DNA of 64,000 nt, taken from positions 93,620,001 to 93,684,000 of the forward strand of contig JBITNC010000001.1 in the NCBI GenBank assembly GCA_050084985.1, given 5' to 3'. This document shows positions 1-11,981 of this stretch, piece after piece (within the stretch, counting starts at the first letter, position 1; every line of letters begins with the position of its first letter). The stretch is from Nageia nagi. Lineage: Eukaryota; Plantae; Pinophyta. Under the pieces are notes generated by a model. That model had not been told where the DNA came from. It was given only the letters and a program-made list of their open reading frames with translations, and did no database searches. Position numbers and translations under genes: made by a program.

Positions 1-440
1 ATCTAAACTCCTTGTAAGTTCAATTAATCACTTAAATGATATGTAGATACCTTAAGGGATTAATTGAATTCTTTATTATGTGTGGACTTTGACCTAACCA
101 TGGGGTTAGTTGGTAGGTTAAAGTTAGGTTATACATTTATTGTAACCCTAACCTTACCCTTGGGTTAAAGGGAGGTTAGGGAGGTGCTCTCAAGCTATAA
201 ATAGAGGGCCTCTCCTCTTGTAACATATCTAAGTTTTGGAGTAAGATTACTCTACTAGTTTGTGTAGGAGAGGAAGAGAATAGTTGTAAGAGGGGCATAC
301 TTGAGAATTGAGATACTAGTTGTGGATGTACTCCCAAGGAGGGAGGAACCACATTACACTTGTGTTATCTTGTGTGAATGTTGTATGATTGAGCTTCCTA
401 GTCTTGGACCTTGAGGATTAGAGTAGTGCTAATTCTCTCA
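1..440 (+). mobile_element. Partial LTR (3' or solo LTR end) of a copia-like family related to the LTRs at 22716 and 30117
   Basis: Has TATA-like CTATAAATAGAG (~195) and shares GTGGATGTAC..CCAAGGAGGGAGGAACCAC with the LTR at 30431-30461. It ends in CA at 440, where the gypsy gag homology (matching 8841) resumes. No PBS follows. Confidence 0.75.
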
Positions 441-2824
441 TATCTGGGGAGACTTTTCCACCAAAATACACTTTGTAGAAGTAGGGAAAAAAATAGGCAC
501 CTTTGATTTAACTGATTCCACATTGTTGGTGTCATGAAAATAGTGGTGGATGCTACTAACAATGTGTATTTTGGTTACATTTTTTATCTCTTTTAATGAA
601 ACATGCCTATATCCATGATTGTGAGCAAAATAATGATGTAACTCATTAGAAACACTTACTATACCAATGCAACCTCTTGGTTGTGAAGGAGGTAGAGGAT
701 TATTGTAAATCCCTAACTATTTGTTGTTAGGATGGATAGGTTCAATTTGTTCAATAGGTTTAGCATCCATCTTGATAGCTCCCTTATTGATAAAATTTTG
801 TATGATATGATTGAGATTCCTACAATTGTGAGTTAGATGCACAGGTACCTTGTGATAATTACAAAATTCTTCATATCAAAAATGCTTAGGCACACCAGTG
901 GGGAACATGGATTCAACAATAGGAGGTGACTTAATAAGCTCTTCTTTTAATAGGACATTAAGAAAATTGTTAATACTATCAGTGAAAGGTGTGAATTATT
1001 GCCTTCGTTTAGAGCTATTTTTGCATTTATGACCAACATTGTTTACCTTCAACCTTTTGGTACTCTCAAAGATTGGTTTCTAATTTTGAGAATTGTCATT
1101 ATTTCTCATAGCATATAGTTTTTTTATACATGGCTCTTTCTTGATAACAATGTCTGTCATATCTCCTAGTTTCATATCATGATTAAAGATGACAAATAAT
1201 TTATATATGGGCAATAAACCATTTGCAAAGGCATTTTTTAGATCTTGTTCAAGCATAATTATTGTATTAGCTATTTGTTTCCATACTTTTATAAATTCTT
1301 TGACATGTTGATTAGGTAATTGCTTAATTTTGCATAAGTTATTAAAATAAACTTTCTTGATTATATTATACCTAAACATTTTCAAGAATAAATAAATCAA
1401 ATATTCATACCTATTAATGCTTTTTTCAAGAAGCTAAAAATACCATTTGAGTGCATCATCTTTCATACTATAGGAGAACAATTTAGGTAACAAGTATCTA
1501 TCATGTATATATTCAATAGCTTCTTCTTGGAACTTTCTAACATGGATCTTAGGGTCTTGAAAACCATAAAATTTAGTAAAATTGACACTATTTTTTGAAA
1601 AAATACCTTAGCAAGAATTCTATTAGTTAAAGGTCTCTTGAGATAAGACAAGAAATCATCCTCATCAACCAAAGTATTTTTAGGTGTTATATTACTTATA
1701 TTGGTTGAGTTACTTTTTGGGGACGGTGGATGGGTTTGACGGGGATTTTGTGTATTTTTAAGTTCATCCTCTTTTAAGGTAACAAATGGACCTATTTGAT
1801 TAACCCTTTCATGCTCTATTTTATCCAGTATTTTAGCTAGGACTTCTAACTATTTCTATGAGGGTTCTTTGTACCAACTAGTAGTATCTTGAACTTCAAG
1901 AAGGATACTAGTTTTGATGTGATATTCTTTTAATGTACAATTAGGTTATAATTTGTAAGCTTCATTAATCATTTTATCAAGTTATTAGTTGATAAGAGTT
2001 TTAGAATATTCTTCTTGCATAATATTCTTATCTTTAGAATTCATACCTTTTTTAAATAAATCAGGCTTAAGGAGAAGGTAGTCGTAATCTTCATCATCTT
2101 CATCTTGAGCATCATCCTTGGCATTTTCCTCATCATGATTTTCATTAATATATTACATGCATTCTTTATTTATCTTTGGATCAAGACCTACATCATCTAT
2201 GTTCACACCATCAGCAACATGGTCACAATCTAGCATGTCACTAGCATCATTCTCTTTATGATTAGACACCTTCCATTTTGATATTCCTACAATTTCATAA
2301 GAAAATAGACTATCCTATAACTCTAAAACAACATAATTCTCTTCTATTAATTAATATTTAGTAAAAATATTAATCACAAGAGGAGCATTATTTGTAAGAT
2401 AATATTCCAATTTTTGCATGATAGATAACACTTCTTGAATAGAGTTAGCATAACAAGGGATTCTATCCAGTTCCAAAATTTCATCCTCACTATCAAAAGA
2501 GTCAAAATGAGTTACCATGTTCTCAAATTCATAAGGATCAATGGTAGCATGTCTCTTAGTAGTTTCACCAATAATTTCTAGAATGTGAGGATTCAGTGTC
2601 ACTATGAGCATCAGGAAGGGGTTCTTGGTAGGTAAGTCAGAATAATGTTGAACACTTCTCCTAAGCTCACTAAAGTGGAATTTTAACCTAGATAATTTAA
2701 GGTTTTATTTATTAAAGTCTATTTTTGGAACATTAGTAGAAAAAACCCTAGTTTAATCATTCTCTTTAGCTACTATTCGAAGAGTTTCATCTAAAGGAAC
2801 AAATAATAGCAAAAATGGATTCAT
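441..2824 (-). pseudogene. gag: Second copy of the gag-like ORF, interrupted at 440 by a copia-type LTR
   Basis: ORF-track fragments 2351-2611, 1463-1672 and 1080-1400 match those of the 8826-11232 copy. EFCNYHKVPVHLTHNC is at ~825-870. Confidence 0.8.
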
Positions 2825-2889
2825 GATTTTTTAAAATAAAGTGCCCTATATTAAGACCTAGGTGTCTAAGAATGTCAAGTTCACCAAAA

Positions 2890-3569
2890 TGTAGACCCAA
2901 AATAATGCCTAAATAATAAAGGGGATTAATTAATGCACTATTTGGACTACTTTGTTTTATTGACACATATATATGAAATATGGCAATAATGATAAATAGA
3001 CATACATGTTCATTTTATCCCAATCATATGTTTGATTAATTAATGAGATCATACACCAAATGAAAATAGTCATTCATTCATTAGCACACTATTAATGGCC
3101 TAAATAAGACACACCAATAATAGCTAAAAGAGGTAAAATTGCAAGTGGGACAAAAGATATGAAGATGCTTGAACAAATGATTCATAAGATAATGAATATG
3201 TAATAAGATTTAGAAATTATACTCATGTATTACAAATATAATATCTTATGGTCTCCCTTAGGTCTTCCTCTTCATTATCTTTACATTTATTCTTGTTCTT
3301 ATTGTGGATTCTATAGTTTCATGTAGCCTTGATATCCTTTGATGATTTTTTTGATAATGATCCTCTTCCCCCCTCCTTTTTGGTTGCTTTTAATGTATTT
3401 ATATAGCAACATATTTATTACAAAATTTTGACCCCTTGTACATAGTACAATTGTCCATTACATGAATTACATAGCTTTGGGTATTGTTGTAACTCTTTTT
3501 ACATTATACATTGTTTATTCTCTAAAATTAATTATTTAATAAATAATAATTCATTTTTAGGAGTCTACA
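2890..3569 (-). repeat. Shared central LTR of the tandem gypsy element
   Basis: Termini are TGTAGAC...GTCTACA (7-bp inverted ends). The PPT (minus AAAGAGGAGCAAAA, 3570-3583) lies on one side and the PBS (2873-2886) on the other. Confidence 0.85.
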
Positions 3570-4189
3570 TTTTGCTCCTCTTTAGAGGTGTGATTGAGGA
3601 AGTGAAATTACATGTCCAAAAAAGAAGTATAGAAGAAATATTTTTGGGAATTTTAAACTCTTTACTGCACCACCTCTTTTTGTTGGTGATGAAATGAGGA
3701 GCCTTTGTTGCCCCCTTTTAGCTTGGATGGCCTAGAAAAGATCATTGAATGGTGCAACCAAGGCAAAATCTAAAGAAATGTATCTTTGTAGGAATTATGT
3801 TATTTGTATTTATGGAAATGATTGTGATATTAGGTAGTTGTATGGTTCCATATCCAATGTTGAAGATGGAAGATGTATTTTTGCCCTTTATGTTATTTCA
3901 ACCATAAATTTGGTCATTTTGTTGTGTTTGGTACTCAATAACCATTTACACTTATGTCCATTCCTTGAAACAAAGGTTATCTACTTTATCTAAGATGAAA
4001 TGTGAAGGAAATGCACACCAATGATGGTATGGGAATAGTAAGCATGCCATTGACACTTAGGATCATGGGTATTTTCTTCTATTATTTGAGATGTAGATAC
4101 TTGCAATGAAATGTTAGCAATACCTTGCATAAAAATAAGGTGGATGCATAGTGAGTTGATTCATCCATTAATGATGATTAAATATCAAT

Positions 4190-4695
4190 AATCTACTTAT
4201 GATTGCAATGTTAGTATTTCTTTTAAGTGAGTGAACTCTCACTAGTCATGTCAATGGCCATTGATAATCATATGTTTTATGTATATGACCAAAAGACATT
4301 ATGTTTTGTATGGTTCAAAGGAAAAATCATGTGGATACATAGCAAGTTGCATCTTCCATTGGAGATGAGCCAATGTCAACATCTTGCTTATGATTGCATC
4401 ATCAATTTATCTTTTAAGTGAGTGAACACTCACTAGCCATGTCGTTGGCCATAAATGATCATACATTTTATGTCTATGACCTAAATACATTATGCTTTGT
4501 ATGGTTCAAAAAAAAAAAACTATTTAGATACACAATAAGTTGCATCATCCATTGGAGATGAGCCAATATCAACATCTTGGTTATTGATGCATTGTTGGTT
4601 TATCTTTTAAGTTAGTGATCTCTCACTAGTCATGTCATTGGCCATAGGCGATCACATGTTTTATGTCTATGACCTGAAGATATTATGCTATGTAG
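4190..4695. repeat. ~191-bp tandem repeat (~2.5 copies) in the 3' UTR of the gypsy element
   Basis: TTTTAAGTGAGTGAACTCTCACTAGTCATGTC recurs at ~4221, ~4412 and ~4605. Confidence 0.85.
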
Positions 4696-6349
4696 TAAGG
4701 ATGAAATAAATAGACTCATAGTGATGTAGAATATGATACATAGATTAGGTTAGTGAGAGATAAAATAATAAATGCAATATTTTCTCATGGAATACCATGG
4801 CTATGGAAAATAATTGTTAGTACTTTAAGGAATTATGCCTTAAATCATTCATTCATATAATTATCAATAAATCATAGTATGAAATATATGAAAATATACC
4901 TGATATTCAACAATTCAGTGGTCTTAGATCTCAATCTACATGAGTTTTCAAAGAAAACCCATGTTGTTGGTAATATGACATGTGACAAATTTTCTAATCT
5001 TATCTTCAACAAGACTGATCATTACCTTAAAAAGATGTCATTTCCATAAAAAAATAGAGAATAACTTCAAAGTGTGATGGAATATTGATATGCCCTAAGT
5101 AGAGGGATTTGTAGCAATTTTAGGTCATTGGCAGCATAGAATTGTTAATTTTTAATATAGAACTTTGGAAATCATGTAACAATCATGCACTTTTTTCATT
5201 TCAATATCATATAGAAATAGGGAATCATTTAGAATTTTCCATAATAATTTGAGAAATATGTTCAAGATAGCAAGTTTTGTTAATGTCCAGAATTCATCAT
5301 TCTAATGCATATGATATTCAAGTAATAATTGCATAAAATTATGAGATAGATATAATAGAAGAAATTATTTGAAAGTATGCCCAATTTATCCTTTTCCATG
5401 CCACTATTAGCATTCAAAAGGATTAATGAACACTCCCATAAAATGGTGCCTTCAATTGACAATGAGACATGAATTTTGGCTATACCTACATTCTTTATTA
5501 ATTATGATTTTTAAAGATAAAATTTTAATGTACTACATCAATAAAATTGAATATTCATAATACAATTTTATGTCATACAATGATATTCAAGTTTCATTCA
5601 TCATTCCAAAAAATTACAAATAGCCAAAATTGAAAGAGTGCATTTTAAATTTTGCTTATTTCCTCCAATTTTACATCGTTAGCGGCCTAAATTTAATATA
5701 AATTTAATTGAAAAATGCATAAGGTGTGATTTTTAACTTGGAACAAGTGGTAGGATATAAAATTAATTTTACTTATCATTTTAGGCCATTTCCAATTGAA
5801 TGCACGCATATATTATAAAAAAGGATGTCATTGGCAATGTGAAAATCATCATTTTATGCTTGCAAAAAGGGATGTTAGGTATTTAAAATATTTTCAAGCA
5901 TTTTGGTCATACAAAATAATGATTTCACATATTCTAGGACCAAAAAGAATTATTCCCTATATTTTACATCAAAATTCAACCTATATAAGCAAATTTAGAT
6001 AATAAAAATTCATTTTAACTTTTCAACTTCCTGATTTAGTGCTCTAGCTTCGTAGTCAACCAAGCGATGAAGTGCTACCTGATTTTCAATTGATTGACCA
6101 TGTTATTGAGAATACATGCATATAGAGGCATGATAGGCTGATTATTATCTTGTGTACATCATTTTAATTTAGTTTGACTCTTATTTGATGTGGTGAATGG
6201 CGATAGGAGGGGAATCGATCATCCTATCATAGGCATACAAGGACACATCATGGAGTACTTCCTCTCCTTATCGTATGATCACATAGTCAGTTTCTCATTT
6301 TCATTTTAATATGTATTTTTAATTTTTATTTTTATTTTAATTTTTAATT

Positions 6350-8184
6350 ATGCATTTTTCTCACATGAATTTATTTGTTCCACATTTTGCCTTCCAAGAG
6401 TGTAAGGGATTGATATGCAAAGGTCATATTACTACAACCATGCTTGATAAAATGCAAAGTTGGCCATGGACTTCCCACATGGATGATATCCTAGATAAGT
6501 GTGGGTTGGTTTATTTGGCCATCCCTAGTTACATCTAAAAATATCTTCCTCTTCTCACTACATTAGCCAAGTAGTTGGACCTTGATTGTTGTACATTTCA
6601 CTTGCCCCTAGGTGAAATGATAGTTACTCTTCTAGATGTTTACTCTATTTGGGGTATTCCTATCTAGGGAATCCTTGTATAGTAAAGAGAGATTAAAAAT
6701 AATAATATACATGAGAAAGAGGCCCTATAGTTAATGGGGGATGCAAACCACAATTGGGAGCATCAAGCTACTCATCTCATGAAGGTTTGCAGGTTCACCC
6801 TAGCTAGGCATCATTTATGTCTATATGTAGCTTCCATCATTACCACCTAATTGTGCTTAGAAAAGAGTATTTTTACATTACCCCTTGGATTGGTTTGGGT
6901 TTTATGATAGATATATCAGCTTGGGACCCAATTTGTGTGGGATCCACTAGTATTGGCATAGTTGTATAGGGACCTATACAACTTTGTTAATATTGACAAG
7001 TTCAATATTACCATTGCTCATGTTGGCCTATTGCAAATATGGGCCTATGAGTACATCATAGTTGTGCATCCCATCAGTCTTTAATGGGATCTAGAGGGTC
7101 CAAGGGATATTTCTTTAGTTTGTTGGACATCTCACATAAGTGGTTCTCAATATCTACACTCTCTAGAGGTGCAAAGGAGAGAGCTAGATCACTTGCAAGT
7201 AGAGGACCTAGTGTGGGTTTACTTTAAGGATTTTGATTGGCATGCTAATGCTCATGAACTTTCATAGGCTAAGAATCACTACTTATTCCATACTAGGAGA
7301 AATATCATCAAGCCATACCACCTCTACCATGTTTTGAGGTAGTTTGGGATCCAATAGGGGATCCCACCCATTCCCCCATGTTATCATAAATACATGGAAA
7401 AGAGGGATTTATCTATAGGCTTAGGAGGAGCCCCAAGTTGTGGATGGTGCAACTCATGTTTCTATGGCTCCCACAAATTCCCCTAATTACCCAACATGAT
7501 GGATCGGAGTCCATCTCGATGACATAAGGATGGAAGAGGATGATGACAGTGATGAGGAGGTGACCAATGAGGGGTCATATGAGGATGACCTATACCAATT
7601 TAATAATCCCATCCATGATATCCCAATTTAGGAATAAGAGGGAGTGGGAGGATTGACTCTACTAGCCATAGCTACCCCAGTTGTTGTACAAGGTAATAAT
7701 ATAGCCTAAGTTTGTAATTTATTAATTTTCATGTTATTTTTACTATTACAAAGTAACTAACCCATATGTGTGTGCAATAGGAGGCACAAATTCTAGGATT
7801 ACCTCATTGGAGGTTGAGGTTACTATATTGAGGCCTATGGAGGACCAATTGACTACATTATAGGCCACCCTCATGAAGAAGGACATCTAGATTACGACCT
7901 TGGAGTAGTCTATTAAGAGACTATAGGAGAGGTTGAGTATGGCCCCATTATACTAGTAGTGGAAATATATAGAGAGCCAAGTAGAAAAGATCATGGTGAA
8001 GGAGTGAGAAATCATAGCTTTGAAGGTTAAATATGCTCAAGTGAAGACCTTACTAGATAGCCATGGTGTGACTATGAGTGGCATTTCTAGAGAAACCATA
8101 ACTATGAGGGCCAATGGGAGTAGTAGGTGGGTTAGGTTTAGGACCATTGATATGGTGAATAGTGGTGGTAGTTCCCCTCCCTAG
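6350..8184 (+). pseudogene. Plant Mobile Domain (PMD, aminotransferase-like/MAIN-MAIL family) ORF antisense to gag, with acidic and coiled-coil-like tail
   Basis: Continues in frame from ATG 6350 through stops: LLTTLAK*LDLDCCTFHLPLGEMIVTLLDVYSIWGIPI*G (~6550-6670). Then WDPLVLA*LYRDL (~6940), LLQIWAYE (~7030), ELDHLQVEDLVW (~7180) and VLR*FGIQ*GIP (~7330). These are PMD hallmark motifs in the canonical order. Confidence 0.85.
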
Positions 8185-8825
8185 CGAGTTGTAAGGCATG
8201 AGGCCCATTGTTGTATACTATGTACTTTTCTTAGATATATATATATATATATATTATTTTGGACTCAAACTTATGTATATGAAATGTTTTGTTTATTATG
8301 CATGTGAATGTTCTATCTGTTTCTATGAAATGTTTATTATCTAACACTATGAACCTAATAATGAAATCTAACCTAAAAGTTACAAAAGAAAATGAACTTA
8401 ATATTTATAAATTATTCAAGATAATAAAAATAATTAATCATAATAAAACAAACATTAATTATAAAAATCCACCTAATGGAATCAAACAATATTCTAAGGT
8501 ACCAAAAAGGGACCCAACAAACATGTTCAAGTTATTTTTAATAGATGATAAGAAAACTAGCCTAAGCCTAAGACCATTCCAATGTACTTAAAAATGTTCT
8601 AAGATGCTGGAAATACTATCATTCAAAACCTTATCCTAGGAAATGTACACCATTGGTGGTGTATTTAGAATTGACCCATGCAAAGGAATGAAAGAAAAGA
8701 CTCAACACACACAAAAATAGTAGAAAATACCCCTAGTACATATAAATAACTACTTAAAATGCACAAAAATATAGAAAAGACCTTACCTAACTAATATATA
8801 GTACATATGAAAGTGGAGAAATTTA

Positions 8826-11232
8826 AGTGATTATTTTGTGTACCTAGGGAGATTTTTCCACCCAAATACACTTTGTAGAAGTAGGGATAAAAATAGACAC
8901 CTTTACTTTAACCAATTCCAAGTTGTTGACATCATGAAAATAGTGGTGGACATCACTAGCAACCTATGTTTTTGTAACATTTCTAATCCCATTCAATGAA
9001 ACATGCCTATATCCATGTTTATGAGCAAAATTATGACTAATTCATTAGAAACACTTATCATACCAATTCAACCTCTTGGTTATGGAGGTAGGGGATTAGT
9101 AAAAACCCCTAACTATTCATTATCAGGATGGATAAGCCCAATTTATTTAGTAGGTTTAGCATCCATATTGATACCTCCTTTATCGATAAAATCCTATATG
9201 ATATGCCTGAGATTCTTGCAATTGCAAATTAGATGCCTAGGTACCCTATGATAATTACAAAATTCTTCATATCAAAAATGCTTAGGCTTACCATTGGGGA
9301 ACTTGGGTTCAATAATAGGAGGCAACTCAATAAGCTCTTCTTTTAATAAGATATTAACAATATTGTCAATAGTATCAGTCAAAGGTGTGAATTATTGCCT
9401 TGGTTTAGAACCAATTTTGTGTTTATGAGCAATATTATTTCACTTTGACCTATTGGTGCTCTCAAGGATTTGTTTTTGATTTTGAGCATTATCATTGTTC
9501 CTCATAGCATATAGTTTTTTTATACATGGCTCTTTCTTGATAACAATGTCTATCATATCTCCTAGTTTCATATCATGATTAAAGATAACAAATAATTTAT
9601 ATATGGGTAATAGACCATTTGCAAAGGCATATTTAATATCTTGTTCAACCATAGTTATTCTATTAGCCATTTATTTCCATACTTATTCAAGTTCCTTGAT
9701 ACATTGATTAGGCGATTGCTTAATTTTGCATGAGTCCTTAAAATAAAATTTCTTGATGATATTATACCTAAAATTATGTAGGAATAAACAAATCAAATAT
9801 TCATACCTATCAATGCTTTTTTCAAGAAGTTGAAAATACCATTTTGAGTGCATCATCTTTCATACTATGGGAGAACATTTTAGCTAACAAGTATCTATCA
9901 TGCATATATTCAATAGCTTCTTATTTGAACTTTCTAACATGGATCTTAGGGTCTTAAAAACCATAAAATTTAGTAAACTTGACACTCTTTTTTAAGGAAA
10001 TAACTTAGCAAGAATTGTATCAGTTAAAGGTCTCTTGAGGTAAGACAAGAAATCATCCTCATCAACCAAAGTATTTTCAGGTGTTATATTGCTTATATTG
10101 GTTGAGTTACTTTTTGGGGAAGGTGGATGGGTTTGAGGGGGATTTTGTGTCTTTTTAAGTTCATCCTCCTTTAAGGCAAAAATGGACCTATTTGATTAAC
10201 CCTTTCATGCTCTAGTTTATCTAGTATTTCAGCTAGGACTTCTAACTATTTCTATGAGGGTTCTTTGTACCAACTAGTAGTATCTTGAACTTCAAGAAGG
10301 ATACTAGTTTTGATGTGATATTATTTTAATGTCTAATTAGGTTATAATTTGTAAGCTTCATTAATCATTTTATCAAGTTATTGGTTGATAAGAGTTTCAG
10401 GATCTTCTTCTTGCATAATATTCTTATCTTTAGAATTCATACCTTTTTTAAATAAATCAGGCTTAAGGAGAAGGTATTCATAGTCTTCATCATCTTCATC
10501 TTGAGCATCATCCTTGGCATTTTCCTCATCATGATTTTCATTAAGAAATTACATGCCTTCTTCATTTATATTTGGAGCAAGACTTGCATCATCTATGTTC
10601 ACACCATTATCATCATGGTCACAATCTGGCACATTGCTACCATCATCTTCTTTGTGATTAGACACCTTCCATTTTGATGTTCTTGCAATTTCATAAGAAA
10701 ATAGGCTATCCTCTAACTCTAAAACCACATAATACTCTTATATTAATTCATATTTAGTAAAAATATTAATCATAAGAGGAGCATTATTTGTAAGATAATA
10801 TTCCAATTTTTGCCTATCAGATAACACTTCTTGAACAGACTTAGCAAAATAAGGGATTCTATGTAGTTCCAAAATTTCATCCTCACTATCAAAAGAGTCA
10901 AAATGAGTTACCATGTTCTCAAATTCAAAAGGATAAATGGTAGCATATCTCTTAGTAGTTTTACCAATAATATCCATTTTCTTTCTAAAATGTGAGGATT
11001 TAGTGTCACTATGAGCATCAGGAAGGGGTTCTTAGATAGGTAAGTTAGGATTATGTTGAACACTTCTCCTAAGCTCACTAAAGTGGAATTTCAACCTAGA
11101 TACTCCAGGATTTTCTTTATTAAGGTATATTTTTTGAACATTAGTAGAATAAACCCTAGTTTTATCATTCTCTTTGGCTACTAATCAAAGTGCTTCATCT
11201 AAAGGAATGAATAATTGCAAAAATGAATTCAT
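8826..11232 (-). pseudogene. gag: Gypsy gag-like ORF with long N-terminal extension (disrupted)
   Basis: Motifs: GFxDPKIHVRKF, SMKDDALKW, LxKIKQxPNQxxKE and GLLP (retrotransposon gag), then EFCNYHxVxxHLxxNC (CHHC-type knuckle) and NPLP. It has stops and frameshifts, and no protease/RT is seen downstream. Confidence 0.8.
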
Positions 11233-11280
11233 GATTTTTTAGAAGAAAGTGCCCTAGATTGAGACCTAGGTGTCTAAGAA

Positions 11281-11294
11281 TGTCAGGTTCACCA
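11281..11294 (-). promoter_or_regulatory. Primer binding site, tRNA-Trp-like (second copy at 2873-2886)
   Basis: Minus strand TGGTGAACCTGACA lies 3 nt from the LTR end. It resembles the complement of the plant tRNA-Trp 3' end (TGGTGAACCCGACG, from memory) with CpG-type changes. Confidence 0.7.
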
Positions 11295-11297
11295 AAA

Positions 11298-11981
11298 TGT
11301 AGACCCAAAATAATACATAAATAATAAAGAGGATTAATTAATGCACTATTTGGACTACTTTGTTTTATTGACACATATATATGAAATATGGAAATAATGA
11401 TTAATAGGCATACATGTTCATTTTATCCCAATTGCATTTTCAATTATTTAATGAGATCATACACCAAATGAAAATATTCATTCATTCGTTAGCATGCTAT
11501 TAATGGCCTAAATAAGACACATCATTAATGACCTAAAAGAGGTAAAATTACACATGAAATAAAAGATATTAATATGCTTGAATGAATTATTCATAAGATA
11601 ATGAATATGTAATAAGATTTAGAAATGATACTCATGTATTATAGATATGATATCTGCTATGATCTCCCTTAGTTCTTCCTCTTCGTTCTCTTTACATTTG
11701 TTCTTGATCTTTTCGTGGCTTCTGTAGTTTCTTGTAGCCTTGATATCCTTTGATGATATTTTTGATAATGACCCTCTTCCCCTCTCCTTTTTGGTTTTCT
11801 TTAATTTCTTTGTATAGTAATGTATATTATTACAATATTTTGACCCATTGGACATAGTACATGGTCCATTACATGAATTACATAACTTTGGGTATTATTT
11901 TAACCCATGTTTACATTATAGATCATTAATGCTCTAACATGAATTATTTAATAAATAATAATCCATTTTTAGGCATCTATA
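11298..11981 (-). repeat. 5' LTR of the tandem gypsy element
   Basis: TGTAGACCC...GGCATCTATA, collinear with 2890-3569. It abuts copia RT sequence at 11982. Confidence 0.85.

Larger units (their letters stand above)
441..11981 (-). mobile_element. Tandem non-autonomous Ty3/gypsy (Tat/Ogre/Athila-like) LTR element: LTR-internal-LTR-internal, period ~8.4 kb
   Basis: 441-3569 aligns with 8841-11981. There are two ~680-bp LTRs, each followed on the minus strand by the same PBS and the same gag ORF. A PPT precedes the LTR at 3569. Confidence 0.85.

Noticed and set aside
441-3569. 3.1-kb repeats as giant LTRs
   Set aside because: The true LTR is ~680 bp. The rest of the repeat is PBS plus gag of a second unit.
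11619-11855. Lys/Glu-rich ORF in the gypsy LTR
   Set aside because: Purine-rich LTR sequence, with no matching ORF listed for the other LTR copy.
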